From: Roseibacillus sp.
GTDB lineage: Bacteria > Verrucomicrobiota > Verrucomicrobiia > Verrucomicrobiales > Akkermansiaceae
Length of the DNA stretch: 64,000 nucleotides
Direction of reading: 5' to 3'
NCBI GenBank assembly: GCA_051251855.1
Contig: JBPOGI010000001.1
Span: 1,312,001-1,376,000 of the forward strand
Under the pieces are notes generated by a model. That model was not told where the DNA came from and ran no database searches. It saw nothing but the letters and a program-made list of their open reading frames with translations. A program made the position numbers and the translations under genes. Shown here one piece after another: positions 1-8,724 of the stretch; position 1 is the first letter of the stretch; the number at the start of each line of letters is the position of its first letter.

Positions 1-1
1 G

Positions 2-559
2 CCAGAAAAGACTGATATTTTCGATGATCTCACATCACTTGGACGGCCCTTAGATGAGGTCATTCCATCTCGTAAGATCATGACGTCGTTGCCTCTACGG
101 AAACCTCGTAGGGATGAATGGGTCCGACTTCACCGAGAGATTCTGGCCCGAGTCTACATTTACGAATCAAAAAGTGACGGTTCCTCGTATCTTGTAACGC
201 CAGAGGTCGTCGAGCCTTTGTCTGATGTCGTGAGGTATGTCCAGTTGACCTTGGCGGTGAACTACGTCGGCTCGGTATTCGCTTGGCCCGTTCCGGTTCC
301 GACCGAAAGCAGGCCGCACCGGGCTCATTTGACTGCCTTTGCAGGTGCTGAACAGGCGACTACTAAGTGGATTCGTATTTCTTGGGGGGATGGAGAGTAC
401 GATGTCTTCCAACGCTCCTCGACTAAAGCCGAACCTGTTTGGCCAGAAGAAATCAAAACCCCGAGTGAGATGTTACGCTTCATTGCGAAGTCAGGCGGCT
501 TCGAAGTGATCGATTCAGCTGACCACCCGGTAGTTCAAGGACATCTAGGCCTCGACTAA
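2..559 (+). CDS. Hypothetical protein, putative ssDNA-binding protein of PolA-encoding elements (5' end probably outside window)
   Basis: The frame is open from position 2 (PEKTDIFDDL...IMTSLPLRKPRRDEWVRLH...). It lies directly upstream of the PolA gene. The SSB function is an inference from context. Confidence 0.5.
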   Translation, partial: PEKTDIFDDLTSLGRPLDEVIPSRKIMTSLPLRKPRRDEWVRLHREILARVYIYESKSDGSSYLVTPEVVEPLSDVVRYVQLTLAVNYVGSVFAWPVPVPTESRPHRAHLTAFAGAEQATTKWIRISWGDGEYDVFQRSSTKAEPVWPEEIKTPSEMLRFIAKSGGFEVIDSADHPVVQGHLGLD

Positions 560-611
560 TGTTATAACCAGTAGAGCCCTTCATCTTTCCGATGGAGGGC
601 TCACTTTCTGA

Positions 612-2354
612 ATGAAAACATTTTGCATAGACTTTGAGTATCGCGCAGAGAACGGGCGATCTCTCCAAATTTGGTGCGTCGCATGGGTTTGTCTCGAAAC
701 CGGAGAAGAAAAAACACTTTGGCTTGATCGCGACAATACCACCACCCCTTTCCCAAAAGAGTTTCGAATGGTCGCCCACTATGCTCTCGCAGAATTATCC
801 TGTTTTCTCGAACTAGGATGGAAGTTGCCAAATGAGGTTATCGACACCTTGGTTGAGGCGCGAACTGTGAGAGGACAAAGAGCGCCAGCATTGGGGGGCT
901 GGAGTTTACTCTCAGTAGCCAACTCATGTGGCATACGAACCATGAGCTCTGAGCACAAAAACGAAATGCGTGACCTAGCGATGGGCCACATCGTCCCAGA
1001 GGATAAAAGGACAGAGTTAGAGCTATACTGTCTAGATGATGCGCTCGCAGGGCTTGCCGTATACAAAACCCTTGAACCCAGAATAGAACAAAATGAAGCG
1101 ATCCTCCGGGGGAGATTCTTAAAATCTTTGGCACTGATAGAGCGCCGAGGAATTCCGAGTGATCGTGACCTAGTCGTGAAGCTAACAGAGCATCACTCCG
1201 CAATCCTCGAAGCCTCTTGGTTAAAGGCTAAAGACAGCTACCCTGGGGTCATCTCCGAAACCGGAAAATTCTCATCAAGGGCTTGGGCCGATTGGTGTGA
1301 GAGCCACAACATTCGTTGGCCTCAACTCGCTAGCGGCTTACCAGCCTTGGACGCAGACACTTTTAAAAGAGCTGCCGAGATTCACCCGGTTGTTAGATTG
1401 ATGGGCAACGCACGAAAAATGAGAGGTCAAAACCGAAAGTTTGATTTTCCCTTGTGCTCCGATAATCGCCTTCGGTGCATGTTGTCACCTTTCTCTTCCG
1501 ATACGGGGCGGAACCAACCGCCCAGCAGTAAGTTCATATTCGGGGCGAGTTCTTGGTTGCGGTCTATTGTATCTTGCCCCGAAGGCAAAGTTTTAGCCTA
1601 CGTTGATTACACTTCACAAGAAGTTGGTCTAGCGGCAGCCCTGTCGAAAGACAGAGCCCTTCTTTCGGACTACGAGAGCGGAGACCCTTACATCGCTTTT
1701 GCGATTCGAGCGGGTGCTGCGCCCTCAGGTTCGACGAAGAAGACACACCCTAACGAGCGAGCGAGCTACAAAACCGCAGCACTTGCGATCCAGTATGGCA
1801 TAGGTGAAGTATCTCTAGCCGGAAACCTTGGTATTCCACTCCCCGCTGCCAAGCGACTAGTGAGAGAACACCAGTCTGCGTATCCCAAATATTGGCAATG
1901 GCGCCAAACTGTTGTTGATGAGGTAAACTGCGGAGGTACTATCTCAACTCAGTTTGGATGGCAGCGTAAGGCTAAGCAAAAAGATTCAGCAAACTCAGTC
2001 GCCAACTTCCCTGTCCAGGCCGCAGGCGCAGAGATTCTCAGGATTGCCATCATTGCTCTGGAAGAATCCGGCCACAGTGTTGTTGCTCCTGTGCACGATG
2101 CTGTCTTGGTTGAAATGGAGTATGAGGGCTGGACCGAAGAGCTAGCAGAAGTTCGTAGACTGATGAGTAAGGCGGCTAAGGCTGTCACCGGAGGTCTTTC
2201 TATCCCCACAGATGTTGAACTTACCTTTCCAGGCGAAAACTTCCTGGATTCAAGAGGACAAAGCTTCTGGGAAATCGTGAAGCCCGTCATTGGACGAGGT
2301 CCTCTGATGAACCCTAAATTTGATGCATTCCGAGCCTCAGAATCCCAGATGTGA
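612..2354 (+). CDS. Family A DNA polymerase with 3'-5' exonuclease domain, no 5'-3' exonuclease (mobile-element type)
   Basis: ExoI CIDFEY, ExoIII YCLDD, motif A YVDYTSQE, motif B RASYKTAALAIQYG, NFPVQAAGAEILR, motif C PVHDAVLVE. 580 aa. Confidence 0.93.
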   Translation: MKTFCIDFEYRAENGRSLQIWCVAWVCLETGEEKTLWLDRDNTTTPFPKEFRMVAHYALAELSCFLELGWKLPNEVIDTLVEARTVRGQRAPALGGWSLLSVANSCGIRTMSSEHKNEMRDLAMGHIVPEDKRTELELYCLDDALAGLAVYKTLEPRIEQNEAILRGRFLKSLALIERRGIPSDRDLVVKLTEHHSAILEASWLKAKDSYPGVISETGKFSSRAWADWCESHNIRWPQLASGLPALDADTFKRAAEIHPVVRLMGNARKMRGQNRKFDFPLCSDNRLRCMLSPFSSDTGRNQPPSSKFIFGASSWLRSIVSCPEGKVLAYVDYTSQEVGLAAALSKDRALLSDYESGDPYIAFAIRAGAAPSGSTKKTHPNERASYKTAALAIQYGIGEVSLAGNLGIPLPAAKRLVREHQSAYPKYWQWRQTVVDEVNCGGTISTQFGWQRKAKQKDSANSVANFPVQAAGAEILRIAIIALEESGHSVVAPVHDAVLVEMEYEGWTEELAEVRRLMSKAAKAVTGGLSIPTDVELTFPGENFLDSRGQSFWEIVKPVIGRGPLMNPKFDAFRASESQM

Positions 2355-2887
2355 GGATTCCCATTCTCTTTAATATAATAGACATGAGCTTCCCTACCAA
2401 CTCTTCAAAAACAACTTCTCCACGTTCGCCCTCATGGGTAGCTGAACGAGATGCACTCCGCGAACTTGGCGATAGAAAAACTCGCACCATATTGGCTGTT
2501 TATCTGGCTCGGAGAAGCGCTCGAAGGTTGCACTTTTTCGTCCACCCAGATCTAGCCAAGCTCTATGGCCTCAGTCCTTCAGATCTAAATTGGGCTCTCG
2601 ATAGACTAGAGGGTGAACTTGTTGAAACGCTGGGAAGTAAAAAGGGCCGATATCGTAAGCTTAGACTTATCCCCGACTTTGAAAACTCTGTGGGGAATGA
2701 GCCACATCCTCAGCATGATTTTGAGAGGAAATCCAAAAGAGCCTCTCTTCATGGAGAAAAGCTTATCCCCCACTCCGACCTTTTGGTCCGTCAGCCCCCC
2801 GATAGCCAGAGAGGACTTGCACCTGAGATCATTGAAACGCTAAGGCAACTAGGAGCGACAAAACAGACACGATTAGAATCGAAGTAA
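2351..2887 (+). CDS. Hypothetical protein, possible winged-helix DNA-binding domain
   Basis: Overlaps the PolA stop. LAKLYGLSPSDLNWALDRLEGELVE resembles an HTH plus wing. The real start may be the ATG at 2384. Confidence 0.5.
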   Translation: MRIPILFNIIDMSFPTNSSKTTSPRSPSWVAERDALRELGDRKTRTILAVYLARRSARRLHFFVHPDLAKLYGLSPSDLNWALDRLEGELVETLGSKKGRYRKLRLIPDFENSVGNEPHPQHDFERKSKRASLHGEKLIPHSDLLVRQPPDSQRGLAPEIIETLRQLGATKQTRLESK

Positions 2888-2938
2888 CAAATTTTTTAAG
2901 CTCTCTGCACATACTCCTCTGCACTCATTCAATTCTAT

Positions 2939-4390
2939 GTGATCTTGAGAGATCACAGATCCGCTGCGCCCCGGCGACGAAATGAACCTTTATTCTTCAA
3001 TCCCATGGAATCCAAATCAGTCGAACGTCTTCAGGCCTTCCTTTCGCAATTCAATCTCACCGATCTCGGTGACGGCGATCTAGTCGCAGGTGCTAACACC
3101 TTGGCCGCTCACCTCTGCTCGATAGCCAACCTTTCCCGCCCGGGTAGCTGTATCATGACCGAAAACGAAAGGACTTTCGGAATCGGCGTCAATCTCGTGG
3201 TGAGCGGTGGCTTGAGTTCCAGCCTTTGCTCTGAACACATCGGCTCCCAGCTCGCGCAATACCAAGACAGTTTCAACGCTCACACGAAAAGCTTCTTACT
3301 AGCGGCCAAGGAGGATCAAGAGTCCCCGAATCGGCACGAATGGTCCAACCTATCTGAGTTCAAAGGCAACCCGGCGCAAAACACCTTCTTTGGCCTTCAA
3401 CAGGAAGAGCACATGCCTTTGCAGACCACAGAGAAAGAGTGGGAATACGTTCTGTATTCTCCCCCTCACCCCTCCCGAGAAGAGCTTTATCGAAACTCCC
3501 AAGTGTATCTCCGGACAAGCGAACCCAACAAAACCACCCCATGCCTCGCCCATGCGCATAGCGGGAAGCCCTTTCTCCACTTTGGGATGCAGTCTCCCGA
3601 ACAGTTCATAGGCTCTCAAGCTATCCTCAGTAAGATCATGGATGGCTACAATGTGGGGTCCTCCCCGCCCTCTTTCCATCGAGGCTCTGTCCTTGTTGAG
3701 GATTCTACCAACTCCTTCTACCGAGTCATCAGGAATAGCCCTGACAACTTCCCTAGATTCATTTGGCTGCTTGATGGTGGATCGGGCATGAATCTACCCC
3801 AGCCACCAATCAATACGAAGAACACCTCAAAGCCAGTTGAGTTGAGGCATTTCAGATTGAGCCTCCTCACTGCTTTTGCCCGCCGGATTGATCACCATCA
3901 AGTTGGCCCTCAGTTCATCTCCCACGAACTCTCACGGCTACATGCAAAATGGGTTCGCTTTTTAGCAACTCAAGAAGAGGACTACCCAGGAATAACAGGC
4001 TTCGCAAAAAGTCTTCCTGCCACTCTCTTTTTTGGGCTCCAGGGGATCTCCAGCACATACTTCGAAGAGTCAAGGAAGGCTCTCAACGCGGCAGGCCTCT
4101 TTGAGTTTGCGCAGTATATTATACTGCGCTCCGTTGCGGCGCGAAAGGCCATCCTTTGGGCCGAGGAGATGGAGAGAGACCAACAGCTCAAAGTTCGTCT
4201 GTTAGCTAGGCTTCAGCCCGAGGCTCTGGAGAACCGTGAAATTTATCGCTCGCTCTGCATCTCGGCTGCTAAGTGCGAGGAACTCCTTACCGGCCTTGAG
4301 CGAGATGGAACCATCCGGCGAGAGAATAAAAAATGGCTTCTCACTAGTGAGCACCCCGAAAGCGCCCCAGCTCTCGAGCTGGCTTCATAG
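2939..4390 (+). CDS. Hypothetical protein, degenerate DUF3987/YfjI-like fold with C-terminal winged helix
   Basis: ILSKIMDG and FPRFIWL recall the DUF3987 motifs LLKxWDG and FLARFL. There is no intact Walker A. The C-terminus REIYRSLCISAAKCEELLTGLERDGTI is wHTH-like. Start probably the ATG at 3005. Confidence 0.5.
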   Translation: MILRDHRSAAPRRRNEPLFFNPMESKSVERLQAFLSQFNLTDLGDGDLVAGANTLAAHLCSIANLSRPGSCIMTENERTFGIGVNLVVSGGLSSSLCSEHIGSQLAQYQDSFNAHTKSFLLAAKEDQESPNRHEWSNLSEFKGNPAQNTFFGLQQEEHMPLQTTEKEWEYVLYSPPHPSREELYRNSQVYLRTSEPNKTTPCLAHAHSGKPFLHFGMQSPEQFIGSQAILSKIMDGYNVGSSPPSFHRGSVLVEDSTNSFYRVIRNSPDNFPRFIWLLDGGSGMNLPQPPINTKNTSKPVELRHFRLSLLTAFARRIDHHQVGPQFISHELSRLHAKWVRFLATQEEDYPGITGFAKSLPATLFFGLQGISSTYFEESRKALNAAGLFEFAQYIILRSVAARKAILWAEEMERDQQLKVRLLARLQPEALENREIYRSLCISAAKCEELLTGLERDGTIRRENKKWLLTSEHPESAPALELAS

Positions 4391-4393
4391 GCA

Positions 4394-5731
4394 ATGAATG
4401 CAATCGGCAACTTTACGATTCCAGACAAGCTCAAGAAGCTCTCCGAGCCGAGTCTCGATGCTCTTCTAGAGTTTGCTACTTCGTGCTCTGAGGACCGCGA
4501 TACTCGGACACTCGTGGTAACCGCAGCAGTCCTGAGCTTCTGGCAGCTAGCTGGGAAGAGGACCGCCGGGACATTCCCCTCCCTAGTTTTCGTTAACGAC
4601 TCTACGGCTCCTCAAAGCCATGCCGTCGAAGCCGCTAAAAAACTTCTCACCCTACAAAGCGACCATACGCCACATGTGCAGAAAGAGGGCCCCTTTGCTT
4701 TCGGTGCTATCGAAAACGCCCCCGTACGAATGGCTACTGCTGTCAAAGACTACAATCACTCCTTAAAGCTAACCAAAGGGATTCCCGGCTCGAAGACCGC
4801 TACGCATTACCGTGGTGATTTCTACGCAGCCCAGAGGACTGGTTATGGATATGGTCGCAGCCGTCCTTATGCCAGTTCTTGGGACGAACACTTCGGACTT
4901 ATCAGCGACCAAGACAGCATCGTCACTTTGCGTCTCGAAACCGATGAGGACATCACCCTTCTCAAGCAAAATCTTCGGGACAAAAAAACTCTTCTCCCAC
5001 CAGAAGGATTCGGCAGGCCGTTAGCAATGGTTCCTAAAAGGATAGCCTTGGCCGGATCGCTTTCAGTCGAGCAATGGGACTTTGTAACAACCTCTCACTT
5101 GCTAACACTGGGACTCCCAATCATACCCCTTCCTGACATCAGCAAAGGAACTCTCATCGATCCCAACTGGCCGCATCTCGAGAATCTAGCGACGATGTGG
5201 CCCCAGACACAAGTTTCGCAGATAGGACCCATTTCCCGGTATTCGATGAAGAGCGAAAGTGATCGCCTCTACGAAAGACTTCGCCAGCGCCTCCATCTTC
5301 TTCCCGCAGACTACGAATTCGCCATCCTCACTCTCGTTCGCGAACTTTACTCGATGTGCTACAGCCTCGTCGGGCTGGCAGCCTCACAAAGCCCCCAGGA
5401 GTCGTTTCCCAAAATTGACGAGACGATCCACAAACTCTACGGCGAAACTCTACGCGGCATTACCCTCGGTGTTGAGTCCCTCACTTGGCACGGCCTCGGC
5501 CTGCCCACAAGCCACCCACCGGAACTGATCTCCAAGACTCTCCAGGTCCTTCGTGAGAACGGTTCCCTTTCACTCCGGGATCTTCAACGAAGTGCACGTC
5601 TCCTCACATCCACAGCCCGAGACGAGATTCTCGCTGGCTTGAAAGAGGTTGGCGTAGTTCGCGTTCAAAACAAGACTGCAACTGCCGCTACATTCTCGGA
5701 GTTCTCCCACGGACTCAGCGCTCGCGTGTGA
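4394..5731 (+). CDS. Hypothetical protein, probable paralog of the upstream gene with C-terminal winged helix
   Basis: 445-aa ORF starting 3 bp after the previous stop. The C-terminus LSLRDLQRSARLLTSTARDEILAGLKEVGVV is wHTH-like, and the size and layout match the upstream protein. Confidence 0.5.
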   Translation: MNAIGNFTIPDKLKKLSEPSLDALLEFATSCSEDRDTRTLVVTAAVLSFWQLAGKRTAGTFPSLVFVNDSTAPQSHAVEAAKKLLTLQSDHTPHVQKEGPFAFGAIENAPVRMATAVKDYNHSLKLTKGIPGSKTATHYRGDFYAAQRTGYGYGRSRPYASSWDEHFGLISDQDSIVTLRLETDEDITLLKQNLRDKKTLLPPEGFGRPLAMVPKRIALAGSLSVEQWDFVTTSHLLTLGLPIIPLPDISKGTLIDPNWPHLENLATMWPQTQVSQIGPISRYSMKSESDRLYERLRQRLHLLPADYEFAILTLVRELYSMCYSLVGLAASQSPQESFPKIDETIHKLYGETLRGITLGVESLTWHGLGLPTSHPPELISKTLQVLRENGSLSLRDLQRSARLLTSTARDEILAGLKEVGVVRVQNKTATAATFSEFSHGLSARV

Positions 5732-5938
5732 CACCCTCGAAACGTCACACCTCATAAGGCGTTAATAATGATAAACTTGAAACGAAGAAGAAACCTTCTC
5801 TCGCGCTTTGTCACAGCATTTTAGCCTCTAGGTAATCAACAACCAAAATGGCTCTCTGACAAACCTGACAACTCAGACCCCGACTGACTATTAGCTGACA
5901 ACACTATGACATCCGCCGCCACTACCACTCAGCTGTCA
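5729..5938. repeat. Iteron-like cluster of TGAC(A) motifs, possible replication origin
   Basis: TGAC at 5857, 5866, 5885, 5896 and 5907, plus AGAC at 5875, giving 9-11 bp spacing. Further GTCA/TGAC copies near 5729, 5744, 5810 and 5935. Confidence 0.4.
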
Positions 5939-6078
5939 AATAAGAAAATATTACTTCCGAAAGTGAGCAAATAGACCTCCACCCAATACGACAGCTAGAG
6001 CATCGAATCCCTCCTCTTCGAAGGAGACTTCAACGATAGTTTCTCGCCTTCTCTGCTCGTTTATTCATTCTCTTCCCA

Positions 6079-8724
6079 ATGTCCCGCTACCTCTTTGGCC
6101 TCCATCTCGATGGAGTCCCCACCCCTTCTACTCAGCCGGAAATCCAACCTACTATCTGCGGTCCCGAGGGCCTGCTAACAGCCCTAGAATCTTCTCTGGG
6201 ATTACCCCCCGTCGGGGTGTCGCCCCTCCTGCGGAGTCTTGCTTTCCGTGATGTCGTCGCAGAGTCGCTCACCGACGATCATTTCTACGCCCGGTCTTTC
6301 GACAATGATCCGCTTGCCACTGCGCGCCTGCTTCTCACTTGGCGGGACACCCTTGTCGAGGCGGGTTGGCATGCTGGTCTCGACCACCGCAGCGCTCCTC
6401 CCCGCCTCAGAGCTCTTGCGGCTCTAGAACCCTCCTTTGACAGCTCCGGCCTCGCCACAGCCACTCACGCAGGCCGGATCGGTAGCATACGTGCGGAACT
6501 GTCTTCCGGGGCAACACCAGCTATCGACACGCTCGTCATCACCGACTCTCCAGAAACACTCCCCCATTGCTGGCGCGAACTCCTCAAGGACCTCGGTGCA
6601 AGCTATGAAAACCCTGCTCCAACTAAAGCCCTCCTTGCCGCCTCCACCACCCTCGGCCTCGCTCAAGCGAATTTCCTCGGAGAGAAAGGTAGCTCTCCAG
6701 ACAACGACAATAGCTTACGCATCGTCACAGCCTCGACCCCGGAAGCCGCAGCCGAAGCTCTCGCCTCGCAACTGAGCTCCCTCGACCTAACGTCTACCAC
6801 ACTCATCGCAGACTCGTCCGAACGTGCACTCCTCAATCGACATCTCGCCCACCACGACCTCCCCCTCACCACCGCCAAGACAGAAACAGCCGCTGCCCTT
6901 CTCGAACTGCCAGCCCTCTTTCTGCGCTGCCGAATTGGTCCCTTAAACCCACAGGCCTGGATCGAATTCCTCCTCCACTCTGTTTCTCCAATTCCTACCA
7001 AACTCCGCCATCGTCTTGCAGGCGCAATCAACGACATCCCCGGTCGAGGGGCACATTGGGAGAAAGCTCTTGAAAGGAGTGTTGCCGACAATGACGACAA
7101 AGATGCCGTGACTCGAATTCGAAAGGCCTACGCCGACTGGATCGAACCACCCCTCGTCGAACCAGATCAGCTCACGGGCCCCGTCCTTGCGGACATACTT
7201 TCGCCCCTCACTCAATGGCTCAGCAAGCGAGCTGGCGGGAAAAAATCGAACAATGCCTCCGACGCCTTGGAATGGCTCGTCGCCTCCCGTGCTCTGGCAC
7301 AACTGGAAGCCATTGTCCGAAACGAGAATGAACTCACCAGCACTGGACTCGAAAACCTCTTGGTCGAGTGGCGTCAAAGCGTCTCCATCTCGACCCGCTT
7401 TCCGGGCCAGGTCGGCGCCGCAACAACACTCGCATCCCCCGCTCAAATACTCGCGGCTCAAGACCATCTCATTTGGTGGTGTCCCACGCCCACCCAAACG
7501 CTGCGCTCCCCATGGACGGGCTCTGAGCTGGACTGGCTCGCCTCCCAAAACGTCAGCCTCCTTGATGAAAAAGCCCTCGCTCTCGCCGCAGAGAAAGCCA
7601 CCGAACGTGCCGTCCTACTAGCGGGCAAATCCCTCACGATCTATCATGTCACTCAGTCTGCCGGAGGAGCCACCGAACAGGCCGGAATCCTCACTCGTCT
7701 GCAGACCCAATCTCAAACCTCCCTCATTGTCCCGGCGCGGGATCTGATTGCTACTCAAGCGATGCCCCTCCGCGCTCTTCCCCCGCTCCGCCGTTGGTGG
7801 AATCTCAAACAGACTCACCTTTTAGGTCCACGTGAATGCGAGTCCTTTTCGTCCCTATCCAAAGCTATCAGCTTCCCTGTGGACTGGGCTCTCGAATACC
7901 ATGCCAAGCTAAGGCGGGGTCCCATCAGAGAAAGCCGCGTCAGCGACAGCGCACTGCGGGTAGGCTCCATTCTCCACGCCGCTGCCGAAGAGCTTTTTAC
8001 GGAAGGAGCACTCAACTGGCAAAACTCAAGCAAGAACGAAACCCATCAATTCCTTGCCGACCTATTCCCTAGTCTCTTGGCCTCCCAGGCTGCCCACTAC
8101 CTCACTCCAGGGAATGAGGCCGCCCGCAGCCGTCTCCTGAATACAACTCAGGAGAGCCTTTGGTACCTGATCGAAATTCTCCGCAGCTCCGAGGTCGAAT
8201 CCGTTACTCTCGAAAAAGCGGTTGATGCGGTCCCTTTCACAGGAGGTCAGGTTGCGGGTCGCATCGACCTCATCGCCCGCCGCAGTGATGGCGAAACAGC
8301 CGTCATCGACCTCAAACTCGGAGGAAAAAGTAGCCGCACAAAGTCGCTTCAGTCCAACCTTCACCTCCAACTGGCAATCTATGGTCACCTTTTGTCCCAG
8401 AGCGAGGGCGTCCAAGCAGCCACCGCCTTCTTCATCCTTTCCAATGGCGGCACTCTCCTCACCCGCAACGACACCTTCTTCCCTAACATCACCCCCATCA
8501 GACCCAAAAGTGACACCCCCGAATCTGACTGGGAGGACTGCTGGCAGGAGTTTGAAGAGATTTACCGCTGGCGTCGTCAGCAACTCGACGAAGGGCTCAT
8601 CGAAGTCCCCGTGTCTGGCACTGAACCGAACGACCCTCCCCCCATCGAACGCTGGGAACCACCGAAGGAAGGCAACCCTTATAGCTCTTATTCAAACCTC
8701 ACCGGATTCCCTCTGAACGCATGA
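6079..8724 (+). CDS. AddB/RexB-like protein: inactive helicase scaffold plus C-terminal PD-(D/E)xK nuclease
   Basis: SFSSLS...P, GSILHAAAE, GRIDLI, VIDLK and QLAIYG match RecB-family nuclease motifs. It overlaps the downstream UvrD gene by ATGA. Confidence 0.8.
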   Translation: MSRYLFGLHLDGVPTPSTQPEIQPTICGPEGLLTALESSLGLPPVGVSPLLRSLAFRDVVAESLTDDHFYARSFDNDPLATARLLLTWRDTLVEAGWHAGLDHRSAPPRLRALAALEPSFDSSGLATATHAGRIGSIRAELSSGATPAIDTLVITDSPETLPHCWRELLKDLGASYENPAPTKALLAASTTLGLAQANFLGEKGSSPDNDNSLRIVTASTPEAAAEALASQLSSLDLTSTTLIADSSERALLNRHLAHHDLPLTTAKTETAAALLELPALFLRCRIGPLNPQAWIEFLLHSVSPIPTKLRHRLAGAINDIPGRGAHWEKALERSVADNDDKDAVTRIRKAYADWIEPPLVEPDQLTGPVLADILSPLTQWLSKRAGGKKSNNASDALEWLVASRALAQLEAIVRNENELTSTGLENLLVEWRQSVSISTRFPGQVGAATTLASPAQILAAQDHLIWWCPTPTQTLRSPWTGSELDWLASQNVSLLDEKALALAAEKATERAVLLAGKSLTIYHVTQSAGGATEQAGILTRLQTQSQTSLIVPARDLIATQAMPLRALPPLRRWWNLKQTHLLGPRECESFSSLSKAISFPVDWALEYHAKLRRGPIRESRVSDSALRVGSILHAAAEELFTEGALNWQNSSKNETHQFLADLFPSLLASQAAHYLTPGNEAARSRLLNTTQESLWYLIEILRSSEVESVTLEKAVDAVPFTGGQVAGRIDLIARRSDGETAVIDLKLGGKSSRTKSLQSNLHLQLAIYGHLLSQSEGVQAATAFFILSNGGTLLTRNDTFFPNITPIRPKSDTPESDWEDCWQEFEEIYRWRRQQLDEGLIEVPVSGTEPNDPPPIERWEPPKEGNPYSSYSNLTGFPLNA

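Noticed and set aside
612..2354. Host polA or intact prophage
   Set aside because: It lacks the 5'-3' exonuclease and is too short for host Pol I. No structural or lysis genes are in the window.
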